NCBI GenBank assembly: GCA_050304475.1
Contig: JBNLDQ010000009.1
Coordinates: 337,396-401,395, forward strand
Direction: 5' to 3'
DNA length: 64,000 bases
Origin: Turneriellaceae bacterium
GTDB lineage: Bacteria > Spirochaetota > Leptospiria > Turneriellales > JAOUFE01
In this document: positions 38,211-47,663 of the stretch, one piece after another
Numbering within the stretch: position 1 is the stretch's first letter
How the letters are laid out: each line of letters opens with the position of its first letter
The notes under the pieces: generated by a model
Databases searched by the model: none
The model's input: only the letters and a program-made list of their open reading frames with translations
Told to the model about the DNA's origin: nothing
Position numbers and translations under genes: made by a program

Positions 38211-39914
38211 ATGAACCAAACCATCGCAAATCAGGTGAATCAGACTTTAAGTCAAACAATGATCTCCGGCTTATCCATTGAGCAGCTGCTTTTCATTATT
38301 GTCACAGCCGCCCTTTGTTCCATTCTCTTGAATATTTCTTTAAAAAAAATGGGAATGCCGCCCGCCCTCGGGTACATTCTTGCCGGGATCATTATCGCTT
38401 TTCTTTTCAACCTTCAACACCGGAACAGCCTGATCCTTCACGACATTGCCGAGTTTGGCATTGTCTTTATGTTGTTTACCATTGGCCTTGAATTTTCCAT
38501 CAACACGTTAAAGCAAATGTACCGTGAAGTGGTGGTCCACGGTTCGCTGCAAGTTCTTATTACAGGGGCCGTTTTTTACCTGGCAGCCAGATACTTTTTT
38601 GACGTCGATATAAAGGGTTCCATTTTAACCGGAGCCGCTATCGCTCTTTCATCGACTTCGATTGTTTTAAAGTACCTGAACGACCAACACGAAATGGAGC
38701 GAACCTACGCCCGCGAATCGGTCGGTATTTTAATTTTTCAGGATCTTGCCGTAATCGCCATTCTCATTATGGGCAATATCTTTACGGATGATACCCAAAG
38801 TCTTGGCACGCTTCTGGGGCGGACCGCCGTAAGCGCCGTCATAGTGTTTACACTTCTTTTTTTTATAGGCAAATTTGCGCTGGAACTTTTTTTCCGTTGG
38901 GTTACCGATTCTCATTCACATGAAATTTTCATTTCAGCCATTTTGCTGATTGTTGTCGCCGCCGCTATTTTAGCGCACCAGTTTGGTTTTTCGTATTCGC
39001 TAGGCGCCTTTATTGCCGGCATGATGATCGCTGAAACGCCCTACAAATACCAGGTCGAAGCCGACCTCACCCCTTTTCGCGATCTCTTGCTGGGCGTCTT
39101 TTTTGTTTCTGTGGGAATGCAAATTGATCTGGTTTTTTTCATCGATAAAATTTCGGATATCGTTCTTATTGTTAGCGGAGTTATGATCGTGAAGGCGGCC
39201 ATCATTTATGCCATTTTGCGATTTACTCACTGGAACTCCACCGCTTTAAAAGCGGGCATTTCGTTAGCGCAAATCGGCGAATTCTCGTTTGTTATTTTCG
39301 AGCTGGCGCGGGGCAATGAACTTATCACGGAATATTTTTCACAACTCATGATCATTTCGGTCGCCGTCTCAATGATGATTACGCCGTTTATTTTAACCTA
39401 TCACGATGTTCTTCTGAAAACTCTCCGGCGATCTCGCAAAGAAGAGACTTTCCCCGAAACGGATATTCCGAAAGCGCAACCGATGGAAAATCATATTGTT
39501 GTGATCGGTTACGGGTTTCATGGCCGCCGGGTCGTGGAAAGCTTGATCTCCATGCAAATTCCCTACATTTCCGTTGATTTTCGCCGCGAGCTGGTAGAAA
39601 GGGGGCGGCAAAATCACCACCATGTAATATTTGGTAACGCCGCGCAAAAATCGATCTTGAAAAAAGTGGGGATTAAAAACGCCATGGCGGCAATCATTGC
39701 CATTGAAGATGAAAAAAGCGCAGCGCTCATTGTCCGGCGGATTGGCGAAATCGGCGATAACATTAACATTGTCGTAAAAGTAACGGACATGCCCGACTTT
39801 GAAAATAAAGTAGATTCGCCGCGCTTGTTTGTCGTAGACGGCCACCGGGAAATTGCCAAAACATTGGTACGCTACGCCATTACCTGCGATATTGAAAAAC
39901 CGGGGAACCTGTAA
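38211..39914 (+). CDS. CPA2-family cation:proton antiporter with C-terminal TrkA-N (RCK) domain (Kef-type)
   Basis: About 12 TMs, then a Rossmann motif IVVIGYGFHGRRV; 567 aa. Confidence 0.85.
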   Translation: MNQTIANQVNQTLSQTMISGLSIEQLLFIIVTAALCSILLNISLKKMGMPPALGYILAGIIIAFLFNLQHRNSLILHDIAEFGIVFMLFTIGLEFSINTLKQMYREVVVHGSLQVLITGAVFYLAARYFFDVDIKGSILTGAAIALSSTSIVLKYLNDQHEMERTYARESVGILIFQDLAVIAILIMGNIFTDDTQSLGTLLGRTAVSAVIVFTLLFFIGKFALELFFRWVTDSHSHEIFISAILLIVVAAAILAHQFGFSYSLGAFIAGMMIAETPYKYQVEADLTPFRDLLLGVFFVSVGMQIDLVFFIDKISDIVLIVSGVMIVKAAIIYAILRFTHWNSTALKAGISLAQIGEFSFVIFELARGNELITEYFSQLMIISVAVSMMITPFILTYHDVLLKTLRRSRKEETFPETDIPKAQPMENHIVVIGYGFHGRRVVESLISMQIPYISVDFRRELVERGRQNHHHVIFGNAAQKSILKKVGIKNAMAAIIAIEDEKSAALIVRRIGEIGDNINIVVKVTDMPDFENKVDSPRLFVVDGHREIAKTLVRYAITCDIEKPGNL

Positions 39915-39947
39915 GCACATTTAAAAAATACGGAGTAAGAAACTGAA

Positions 39948-40604
39948 ATGACATGCCAACACTGCCAGGAAACGGACCGAATCTTTAAACCCTGGATGCT
40001 GCGGCATCAATTAACCCGTTATCGAAACCAAAAGCTGGATAAAGCTACCCGGCTTTTGATACAGGGTCTGAAAAAAAGCCTGAGAAAGCCAAATGAAAAA
40101 CAGACATCGCTCATTGATGTCGGCGGCGGAATCGGAATCATCTACCTGGAGTTGTTGAAAAACGAAATTTCGCAGGCGACTCACATTGACGCTTCCGAAA
40201 ATTATCTGCTCTTGGCGAAAGAAGAGACAGTGCGGCATGGCTTTGAAGACCGCGTTAAACATATCAAAGGGGACTTCGTCGATTTAGCCGCCCGGGTAGA
40301 GCCTTCGCACTCGGTTGTCATGGACAAGGTAATTTGTTGTTACCCCGACATTCGCTCTCTATTACAAGCTGCAGCCCATACGGCAAAAACTTCGATTGCG
40401 CTTTCTTTCCCGGGCGAAAAATGGTACTTTAAGGCGCCAGTATTTTTGGCAAACGCTGTCCGGAAAATGCGCGGCCTGGCATTTCGAAATTATATCCACA
40501 AACAAAACGAAATTGAACAAACCTTGCGTTCGTTGGGCTTTGAGCCCGTCTATCGGTCTAAAACTTTTTTTTGGAGAATTCTTGTCTTTGAGCGTTCCCT
40601 TTGA
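39948..40604 (+). CDS. Class I SAM-dependent methyltransferase
   Basis: Motif I LIDVGGGIGIIYLELL and an N-terminal Cys pair (MTCQHCQ); 218 aa. Confidence 0.6.
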   Translation: MTCQHCQETDRIFKPWMLRHQLTRYRNQKLDKATRLLIQGLKKSLRKPNEKQTSLIDVGGGIGIIYLELLKNEISQATHIDASENYLLLAKEETVRHGFEDRVKHIKGDFVDLAARVEPSHSVVMDKVICCYPDIRSLLQAAAHTAKTSIALSFPGEKWYFKAPVFLANAVRKMRGLAFRNYIHKQNEIEQTLRSLGFEPVYRSKTFFWRILVFERSL

Positions 40605-40663
40605 TCCGCTATCTTTGACAGCCGCGAAAAAAGGAAACGCTCGTCATACTCGTTAAAATTAAA

Positions 40664-41395
40664 TCAGGGTAAAGCCCACAATTTTGTGTGGCAAGCATAA
40701 CAACTGGTCGCCGACGCGACGCCATTGTTGATTCCGTCAAGATTGTTTCCGTGACAAGATTGGCATTGCGATGCGTCCAGACTTGGTCCGTCAATACCCA
40801 CTTGTTGGTGGTGAGTAATATTAACGGAACCCGTAGTATACGACCCGTCGCTATTGCGTACATTTGCCACGGTCACGCCGCCCGAAAGCGCCGTATTGTG
40901 ATTTCCCGGAGGCAGATTATACCAGTTAGCGCCATGGCATTGGTAGCAACTGCCATAGGCATTGACGTTGTTTCCGGCATTTCCGTTTAAGTCGGCGCCA
41001 TGACAATTCACGCAACGCGAAAGCACTTCCGTCGCCTTGTTTTTGGCAGTGTTTAAATTTTGGTGGTGCAACGCCCCCCCAACTTGACCGCTGGCGTTAA
41101 AGGTATGATTCGCCGGCGTCACGCCCGGGTTGTTCCAATACGCCGAATGACAGCTTGTGCAAGACGGACCATCGGCGCCCGCCAGGCTAGCCCCATGGCA
41201 CCCCGAACTGGCGCAAGCGGCATTTGTCGGGTCATAAAGCCCGGCCCCGTGCCAAGTTCCATTTTGACTGACCGTATGATCGCTATCGCCGCCAGTTGTC
41301 GTTGATGAACCCCCCGACACATCGGAACTGTTGCAAGCCGCGACGATTCCGATCAAGCATGCGATGGCAATTGACAAAGTAAATTTGTTTTTCAT
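40664..41395 (-). CDS. Six-heme c-type cytochrome lipoprotein (CxxxxCH...CxxCH repeat family)
   Basis: Lipobox IGIVAAC. Heme motifs CASSGCH (CX4CH), CTSCH, CVNCH, CYQCH, CQSCH and CYACH, arranged as three modules C..CHG..L.G-(9-14 aa)-SC..CH. Confidence 0.8.
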   Translation of the reverse strand: MKNKFTLSIAIACLIGIVAACNSSDVSGGSSTTTGGDSDHTVSQNGTWHGAGLYDPTNAACASSGCHGASLAGADGPSCTSCHSAYWNNPGVTPANHTFNASGQVGGALHHQNLNTAKNKATEVLSRCVNCHGADLNGNAGNNVNAYGSCYQCHGANWYNLPPGNHNTALSGGVTVANVRNSDGSYTTGSVNITHHQQVGIDGPSLDASQCQSCHGNNLDGINNGVASATSCYACHTKLWALP

Positions 41396-41684
41396 AAACC
41401 CTCCTAATGAACCGTATTCAGTATATTTTGATTTCGGTATAGTTATCCATGGGCATGGCGGTTTTCATTCGCCGGAATGCCGCGCATAACTGACCTAACG
41501 CAATAGAATGAATTGATGGTTTATAACTAAATACAGTTTTTAATATTTGGTTCTCTTTTCAAATATTTAATAATTATTCGGAAAAAGGTAAGATAATTAT
41601 TATTGATCGTCAAATTTAATTGAATAACTTTTGAAAAAAACAAGAAAAGAAATGACATGCTATCCGAAAGCCATATTTTGACGT

Positions 41685-42641
41685 ATGTTGATCACTGACC
41701 CGCTAGCCGGCTCGCCTGAAAAAAAGGCTACTCGCGACGGCTATGGTGACGCTCTTCTACAATTGGGCGAAATGCGGACCGATGTCGTAGTTTGCGACGC
41801 CGACTTATCCGGTTCCACCAAAACCAAGCCTTTTTCAAAAAAATACCCCGATCGTTTTTATAATTTCGGAGTCGCGGAGCAAAACATGCTTGGCAACGCT
41901 TCCGGGCTTGCCAAAGCCGGGTTAGTCCCCTTTGCCTCAACTTTTGCCATGTTTTTAACCGGCCGCGCCTGGGAAGTGGTCCGCAATACCATTGCGTATC
42001 CGGGAGACAATGTCAAACTGGTTGCCACCCATTCCGGAATTACTTTGGGCGAAGACGGGGCCAGCCACCAGGCGCTTGAAGATATCGGCATCATGCGGGT
42101 TATCCCCGGCTTAAAAGTAATTGTACCGGCCGACTACCACCAGACAATTCATGCCGTTAAGGCTGCCGCCGAGATTGACGGCCCTGTCTATATTCGCTTG
42201 GGCCGCCCTAATGTTCCAATGCTGTATTCGGCCGGCGACGAATTTGAAATCGGCAAAGCCCATATGCTCCAGGAAGGGGAAAAAATCGCGTTTTTTGCCA
42301 CCGGGATTATGGTATACGAAGCCTGGAAAGCGGCGCGTCTTCTGGAAAAAGAGCAGGGAATCAGGCCTTATGTCATTAACTTTTCCACCATCAAACCGTT
42401 AGACAGTGAAATCATTCGGAAAATTTTACCCGGGCTTGAGCGCATCTATACTTTTGAAGAACACAATATCATTGGCGGACTTGGCTCGGCGGTAGCCGAA
42501 ACGGTATCCGAATTGGGAGGGCCTAAAGTCACCCGTTTTGGCATTGATGACGCATTCGGGCAATCCGGAACGCCGCAAGGTTTAATGGAACACTACCGCC
42601 TTACAGCGGAAGAACTGGTCGCTCGAATCAAAACGGCATAG
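41685..42641 (+). CDS. Transketolase, C-terminal subunit (pyrimidine-binding plus C-terminal domains)
   Basis: TRDGYGDALLQLG..., FGVAEQNMLG, HSGITLGEDGASHQALEDI and FGQSGTP motifs; 318 aa. No N-terminal (TPP-binding) subunit gene is adjacent. Confidence 0.85.
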   Translation: MLITDPLAGSPEKKATRDGYGDALLQLGEMRTDVVVCDADLSGSTKTKPFSKKYPDRFYNFGVAEQNMLGNASGLAKAGLVPFASTFAMFLTGRAWEVVRNTIAYPGDNVKLVATHSGITLGEDGASHQALEDIGIMRVIPGLKVIVPADYHQTIHAVKAAAEIDGPVYIRLGRPNVPMLYSAGDEFEIGKAHMLQEGEKIAFFATGIMVYEAWKAARLLEKEQGIRPYVINFSTIKPLDSEIIRKILPGLERIYTFEEHNIIGGLGSAVAETVSELGGPKVTRFGIDDAFGQSGTPQGLMEHYRLTAEELVARIKTA

Positions 42642-42658
42642 GCGGCGCGGAGTCCGGT

Positions 42659-44809
42659 TTGCACCCAAAACTAAAATTTCTTTTATCAGCCGGCGTAAAC
42701 CTATTACAAAAGACTATTTTAATATTAAAAATTTCACTGGCGTTAAGCGCTGTGGCAGCCATGCCAGAGTTGTACCTGACGCTTACGCTCGACCGCGAAC
42801 TCCTGGAAAAAAATATTCGCCAGACACTGGATTCGGCGGGGGTAAACTATACCTTTGACGGCCTATCGGTGACTTTTTACGGGGGGATTGTTTTACATAA
42901 CCTCAACCTCTTTCCGGAAAATGAAAATCATTGGTTTGACCAAGTAACGGCGCCGGAATTTATTTTAAGCCCGGCTTTTACCGACCGTCTCCATGGACGT
43001 TTGGGACAAAATACCACGATTGTACTGACGAACGCCTCGTGGCATATTCATCTTACCGAGAAAAACATAAAAACGGTAAAAATGCCGGTTTTTCAATGGC
43101 TTTTGGACGAATCTCCCTTTCCGAATGTCCGGTTTAAAAACAACCAAATTACCCTGGTTTTTGAACTTAAAAATACGGGGAAAGAAAAATGGACGATTCA
43201 AAATATCAACGGCTCGGCGACTCTGGAAAACGGAATCTGGAAAGCGGAATTTCATTATGAGGATATCCCCTGGGGCGAAGGAACGCTGACCTTTCAACCC
43301 GAGCATTGCCCTGCTTGCTTGCCCTGGGTGGGCGAATATTCCGTTTTTTTACACGGCTTGCCTCTAAACCGTCTCTCCTGGCTGGTGCCGGAACGGGAAA
43401 TTACCTCGGGGTTCGGAAACCTCGAAGCGACGATTCTTTTGCCGGGCGACCCGAAAATTCAAAAAAGCGTATCCGGGAAACTGCGGGTTGAAAACGTAAA
43501 AACAGGTTTAACCAACCCCGCTACGGCGTACTCTCCTTTTTCTATCGATACCGCTCTTTTGGATTTTTCAGCCCGTTCAATGGAAAAAAACCTTCAGGTC
43601 GAAGCCATGGGAAACTGGAACGGATACGCCGCGCAATTTAACGCAGAATGGGATCCGGCCCAATCGTTAAACCGCCTTTTTTTTACATTTGAAAACAAGA
43701 GCGACGGACATTCCGTCGTTTTACCCGGAGGTTGGACCTTAAACGGCATTCAAGAAATCGTTCTCGACATCGCCAGAGACCCGAACAAAAAACGGCGCTA
43801 TCATATCCAACGGGGTAAAATCTCGTTGTCCGAATCAAGAATTGAACCGCCGGGCAAAAACGATCTCGCTTTTTTTATACCGCGCGCAGAAGTCAATATG
43901 GAACAAAACCAATACCGGCTCAATGCGGATCTGGAAAAAGGAGACTCGCTTGTTACGCTAACCTCAAGCGGGTCGATCTTTCCGGAATACAGAGACGTTG
44001 TTATTTTTTCACGGGCCACCGGCGGGATTAAAAAAAAGCGCTACGTAAGAGAGGTGCTCTCTTTCTACGGAACCCACGAGGCTTCTCTTCAAATCCGAAA
44101 GTGGAACTGGAATTCAGCCCGCCCCTATATGGAAACTTTGGACGAAGTGATCGGCGAAAAAGTTATCCGCGGCATTCAAGAAGGGTGGAAAGAGTCCGCG
44201 GTCCGGGAAAGACGCTGGTTTCAAAAATATTTTTACCCTACCGATCTTGATCTTGAAATAACAACGGTCCCGGGTCTTCAAGCCTCAAACGAAACTGTGC
44301 CCGGCCATTGGGAAGGTATTTTATCAATTCACAATTCATTTGCGTTTTTCGAAATTAATAACAAAAATACCGATGAATTGGTGAAAGCGGATTGGAGCGG
44401 ACGGGACAACTACCCCGATTTAAACGGAACCGTCTCTCTTCGGCTGGAATCTTCCGCCTTCCCCGCGGCTTTCTTTATTTCACCTGCGCTCGTCTCTTCT
44501 TTTTCTACCGCCAAACTGGAATACACTTTTTATACCGGCGGCGAAAGAGCCGGCGACCTTTTCCTGAATTATCGCAGCAGAGGCGCTCTGGAATTTTTTG
44601 ATGCGCGTACCCCGCAAGCCGGCCAATACGAAAACGAAATGTGGAGCGCCTTAAGCTGCCGTTTTGCCCGCTGGGGGGCAAGAGCGGAAATTTATGAAAT
44701 ACAGGGCGAAAACGATCGTTTTATGTTACGCGGTTCAGGGAACTGGTCGTTTGATAACGGAAAGTCGCAGTGGAATTTCCGGCCGCACATACAAGAAAAA
44801 CTCCAATAA
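42659..44809 (+). CDS. Large hypothetical protein with N-terminal membrane anchor
   Basis: 716-aa uninterrupted ORF with a TTG start and a hydrophobic N-terminal segment. No family recognised. Confidence 0.6.
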   Translation: MHPKLKFLLSAGVNLLQKTILILKISLALSAVAAMPELYLTLTLDRELLEKNIRQTLDSAGVNYTFDGLSVTFYGGIVLHNLNLFPENENHWFDQVTAPEFILSPAFTDRLHGRLGQNTTIVLTNASWHIHLTEKNIKTVKMPVFQWLLDESPFPNVRFKNNQITLVFELKNTGKEKWTIQNINGSATLENGIWKAEFHYEDIPWGEGTLTFQPEHCPACLPWVGEYSVFLHGLPLNRLSWLVPEREITSGFGNLEATILLPGDPKIQKSVSGKLRVENVKTGLTNPATAYSPFSIDTALLDFSARSMEKNLQVEAMGNWNGYAAQFNAEWDPAQSLNRLFFTFENKSDGHSVVLPGGWTLNGIQEIVLDIARDPNKKRRYHIQRGKISLSESRIEPPGKNDLAFFIPRAEVNMEQNQYRLNADLEKGDSLVTLTSSGSIFPEYRDVVIFSRATGGIKKKRYVREVLSFYGTHEASLQIRKWNWNSARPYMETLDEVIGEKVIRGIQEGWKESAVRERRWFQKYFYPTDLDLEITTVPGLQASNETVPGHWEGILSIHNSFAFFEINNKNTDELVKADWSGRDNYPDLNGTVSLRLESSAFPAAFFISPALVSSFSTAKLEYTFYTGGERAGDLFLNYRSRGALEFFDARTPQAGQYENEMWSALSCRFARWGARAEIYEIQGENDRFMLRGSGNWSFDNGKSQWNFRPHIQEKLQ

Positions 44810-44926
44810 AACCAAACGTGCCTAACTTAAATATTTGTCGCAATTAGATTATTTATGATTTTATATAATCTTTTTATTTGTTTGACAAAACAATAATAGC
44901 ATTCCATCAAGGTCCGCAGGGTCGGA

Positions 44927-46249
44927 ATGAAATTATTACATTGCAGTCCATTCACTGTCGTATTTACCCCCCAAACAAGACGCCCCGCTTTTTTTTCAAT
45001 TGGTTTTTTTTTACTTCTTTTTCTTTCGGGCTGTTCCAATATTGCAAACGACATCTTTGAGCCGTTTCGCCTGACAGAGTACTGGAAAACCGTTAACTGG
45101 CGCAATGCCGATAACGGGGCTTATGCAAATTTTACATACAATAACATGTCCCCCTATTGCTCGGACGCTCCTTTCTCAACATCCAATCATTTTTATTTTT
45201 CGGTAAAAGAAGGGTCAAGCCAGAATATCGTGATTTTTTTTGAAGGCGGCGGGGCTTGCTGGCATTCCAACAACTGCCTGGCTTCAAACCTGCTATTCAC
45301 ATCTGAAATCTGGTTTGATATGAAAACAAAGTACCTGAACCGAATCGCAAACCAGACTATTGACGCAAGAAGTCTCGGCTTCGGTGGTATTTTTAACTTT
45401 CAAAGAGCCGCCAACCCTTTTAAAAATTACACTTTTATTTATATCCCCTATTGCACCGGCGATCTCCATCTGGGGGCCAACAACCATTCGTATGTTGACT
45501 CAAGCAACAATACTCATAAAATATTGCATCACGGTCATGTTAACTTTGAAGTGGTAATGGAATGGATGCAAAACCACTACCCTGACCCGATAAAAATTGT
45601 TACCATGGGCAGCAGCGCCGGCGGCTACGGAGCCATCTTTAATTTTCCGTTTATTGAAAACAGGTTTCCTTCTGCGCAGCACGCGGTTATCATAGATTCC
45701 GCCGGGGGGGTGATCGGGGGGAACCTGCAAACATCCGGGATGGGCAACTGGAATATCCAGCTGCCAAATTCAACCACCATACCCGGCACCTCTTTTACCG
45801 CGTTTGACGGAGCCAACCCGACTGATCCATTGTCTCTTGATTTAACGACCATAGTTGCGACCATTGCCAATGCGTACCCTTCGGTTGACTTTGGTCAGTA
45901 CAACACCGCCTGGGACAAACTACAGGTAGAATTTTACGACATGATGCTGGATATTCTCACCCCCGCAAGCTGGTTTCAGATCAACAATACCGAATACTGC
46001 AACTGGCATAACCAATTGTATTCCAACCTCAACTATTCTTTGGGGGCAACATCAAATTATTCTTATTTCCTGGCTCCCGGCAAAACGCATACGGTTTTAA
46101 AGTACAACCGTTACTATACCATTGGCTCGGCGGGCACGTTATTTTACGACTGGGTAAATCTTGTGACAAACGCCATGGTTCCAATGCAAACCATTGATTG
46201 CCGGCTTGGTTCAAATTGTCAAATACCGTCCGGCATTACCTGCCCGTAA
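44927..46249 (+). CDS. Lipoprotein, pectinacetylesterase/Notum-like alpha/beta hydrolase
   Basis: Lipobox LFLSGC. Motifs IFFEGGGACWHSNNC, YIPYCTGDLHLG and nucleophile elbow GSSAGGYGA resemble the PAE family. Confidence 0.5.
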   Translation: MKLLHCSPFTVVFTPQTRRPAFFSIGFFLLLFLSGCSNIANDIFEPFRLTEYWKTVNWRNADNGAYANFTYNNMSPYCSDAPFSTSNHFYFSVKEGSSQNIVIFFEGGGACWHSNNCLASNLLFTSEIWFDMKTKYLNRIANQTIDARSLGFGGIFNFQRAANPFKNYTFIYIPYCTGDLHLGANNHSYVDSSNNTHKILHHGHVNFEVVMEWMQNHYPDPIKIVTMGSSAGGYGAIFNFPFIENRFPSAQHAVIIDSAGGVIGGNLQTSGMGNWNIQLPNSTTIPGTSFTAFDGANPTDPLSLDLTTIVATIANAYPSVDFGQYNTAWDKLQVEFYDMMLDILTPASWFQINNTEYCNWHNQLYSNLNYSLGATSNYSYFLAPGKTHTVLKYNRYYTIGSAGTLFYDWVNLVTNAMVPMQTIDCRLGSNCQIPSGITCP

Positions 46250-46371
46250 ACAATGAATCGCCCGAAAAACTCCAGTACTTTAGAAATACATTGACGCGGC
46301 TTTTATCTTTTCAACATTGTAATTTGCAAAATCAAACCGGACTCGTCAGGAAACAGATAGGTATTTTACAA

Positions 46372-46866
46372 ATGAAAAAATATTTGTTCTTTTTTATACT
46401 TTGCGTTGCTCTTTCGGGCAATCGTTCCCGTATGATATTTGCGGAAGGCGCCGATAAGGTTCAACTTTTCCCGGGCGCGGCTGCCGGTTTATCCAACCCT
46501 TATCTTTTTTCAATATCTACCGGGCTCAACATGACACTGAGACCCCAAGCGCCAAACGCTTTCCCGACCGTACCCAGCATTCGCGTTGATCTCGAAGCCG
46601 GGTTGGGCGGCGGCGGTCTGGGCATGGGCGTTCAGTTGCCGCTGGCAAACGGAAATTCCGCCTTAAACATCAAATATACCCGAATCAGAACCTGGTTGAT
46701 CAGTTTGTTTGTGCCCCGAGGCGAGATTTACGAAGGCCTTATTCTGGAATACTTTATGTATGGGCATGTACCCGCAAAACTGGGCGTGGGGTACCTTACC
46801 AATATTGACGACCGGGTTCAAGAAGACAAGCACATGCTTTATCTTTTTTTAGGTTCGGGTTTTTAA
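46372..46866 (+). CDS. Small hypothetical outer-membrane-like protein
   Basis: Start trimmed to ATG 46372 (MKKYLFFFILCVALSG signal). Gly-rich beta-strand pattern with a terminal ...GSGF. Confidence 0.5.
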   Translation: MKKYLFFFILCVALSGNRSRMIFAEGADKVQLFPGAAAGLSNPYLFSISTGLNMTLRPQAPNAFPTVPSIRVDLEAGLGGGGLGMGVQLPLANGNSALNIKYTRIRTWLISLFVPRGEIYEGLILEYFMYGHVPAKLGVGYLTNIDDRVQEDKHMLYLFLGSGF

Positions 46867-46892
46867 CGCGGCGGGCATCTGCGGCATAACGC

Positions 46893-47459
46893 CTACAAGT
46901 TCGTCTTTATGTCCAATATCTCGCGAACCAGTTTTTCGGTAAAATCCGTAAGGCTGTGATTCATTTGTTCCCGAAGAGAAAAATCTTCAGGAACCGGACT
47001 CTTTGTGTCATCAAGCGCATTTTGAAAGGCAAAAACGGTTCTGCCGTTTTTCTGAATGATCCCTTCGATTTTTACCAAAGGTTGCTCTTGGGGATCCGCC
47101 TGCCATATCTCTGCCACGGATAAACTTAAAACGTAATGGCCGTTATACGAATCCGTAAATAAATCCGGGTACTTTAACAGTTCGTTTCGCAACATTTCTA
47201 TGTATTTTTCCGCCGGAACTTCCCGGATATTTTTCGCCTGCCCGGTTTCAATCGAGTGCATCTGAATCGGCAAATCGAGCGCATCAAAGCGCGCATAACC
47301 GTCATGGTAAACAAGATCAAGATATTTGCCCGGCCGCAAAACAAGTTCCTGCCGAATCAAGCTTTGCTGCCCCCCGCGCGTGGGAACTTCGGCGCATGAG
47401 AATAAAAATGCCATCGCAACCAAAGTCAGAATTTTCACACGAAAGGCTTTTAGGGCCAT
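46893..47459 (-). CDS. Hypothetical lipoprotein
   Basis: Signal plus lipobox (MAFLFSCAE); 188 aa. No family recognised. Confidence 0.55.
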   Translation of the reverse strand: MALKAFRVKILTLVAMAFLFSCAEVPTRGGQQSLIRQELVLRPGKYLDLVYHDGYARFDALDLPIQMHSIETGQAKNIREVPAEKYIEMLRNELLKYPDLFTDSYNGHYVLSLSVAEIWQADPQEQPLVKIEGIIQKNGRTVFAFQNALDDTKSPVPEDFSLREQMNHSLTDFTEKLVREILDIKTNL

Positions 47460-47599
47460 AACTGCAGCTTTAAGTTCGGAAGGTTCCGGGTAAAGTATTA
47501 TTAATATCCCGCGGCTTACTCATTTCGCATAGCGGCGCCAAACTGCACTGGTGCAAAACGTTATCTACCCTCTGGCATAAGGTATAAATAAATCAGTGA

Positions 47600-47627
47600 T
47601 TACCCGGCGCATTACTCTGTTTGTTTG
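47600..47627 (+). repeat. 28-nt direct repeat, copy 1
   Basis: ttacccggcgcattactCtgttTgtttg matches 48955-48982 at 26 of 28 positions, same orientation. Confidence 0.85.
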
Positions 47628-47631
47628 TCAA

Positions 47632-47663
47632 TTGCTGCCTGATCGCAGCAAATCTTTTATTTT
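47632..47663 (+). terminator. Terminator-like hairpin plus T-tract oriented for the + strand
   Basis: Stem ttgctgc/gcagcaa (7 bp, loop ctgatc) followed by atcttttatttt. No annotated + strand gene lies upstream. The T-tract overlaps the stop of the minus-strand gene 47657..48115. Confidence 0.35.

Noticed and set aside
41592-41608. GATAATTATTATTGATC, Fur-box-like, between the cytochrome and transketolase genes
   Set aside because: About 11/19 matches in a generally AT-rich spacer, which is indistinguishable from background.
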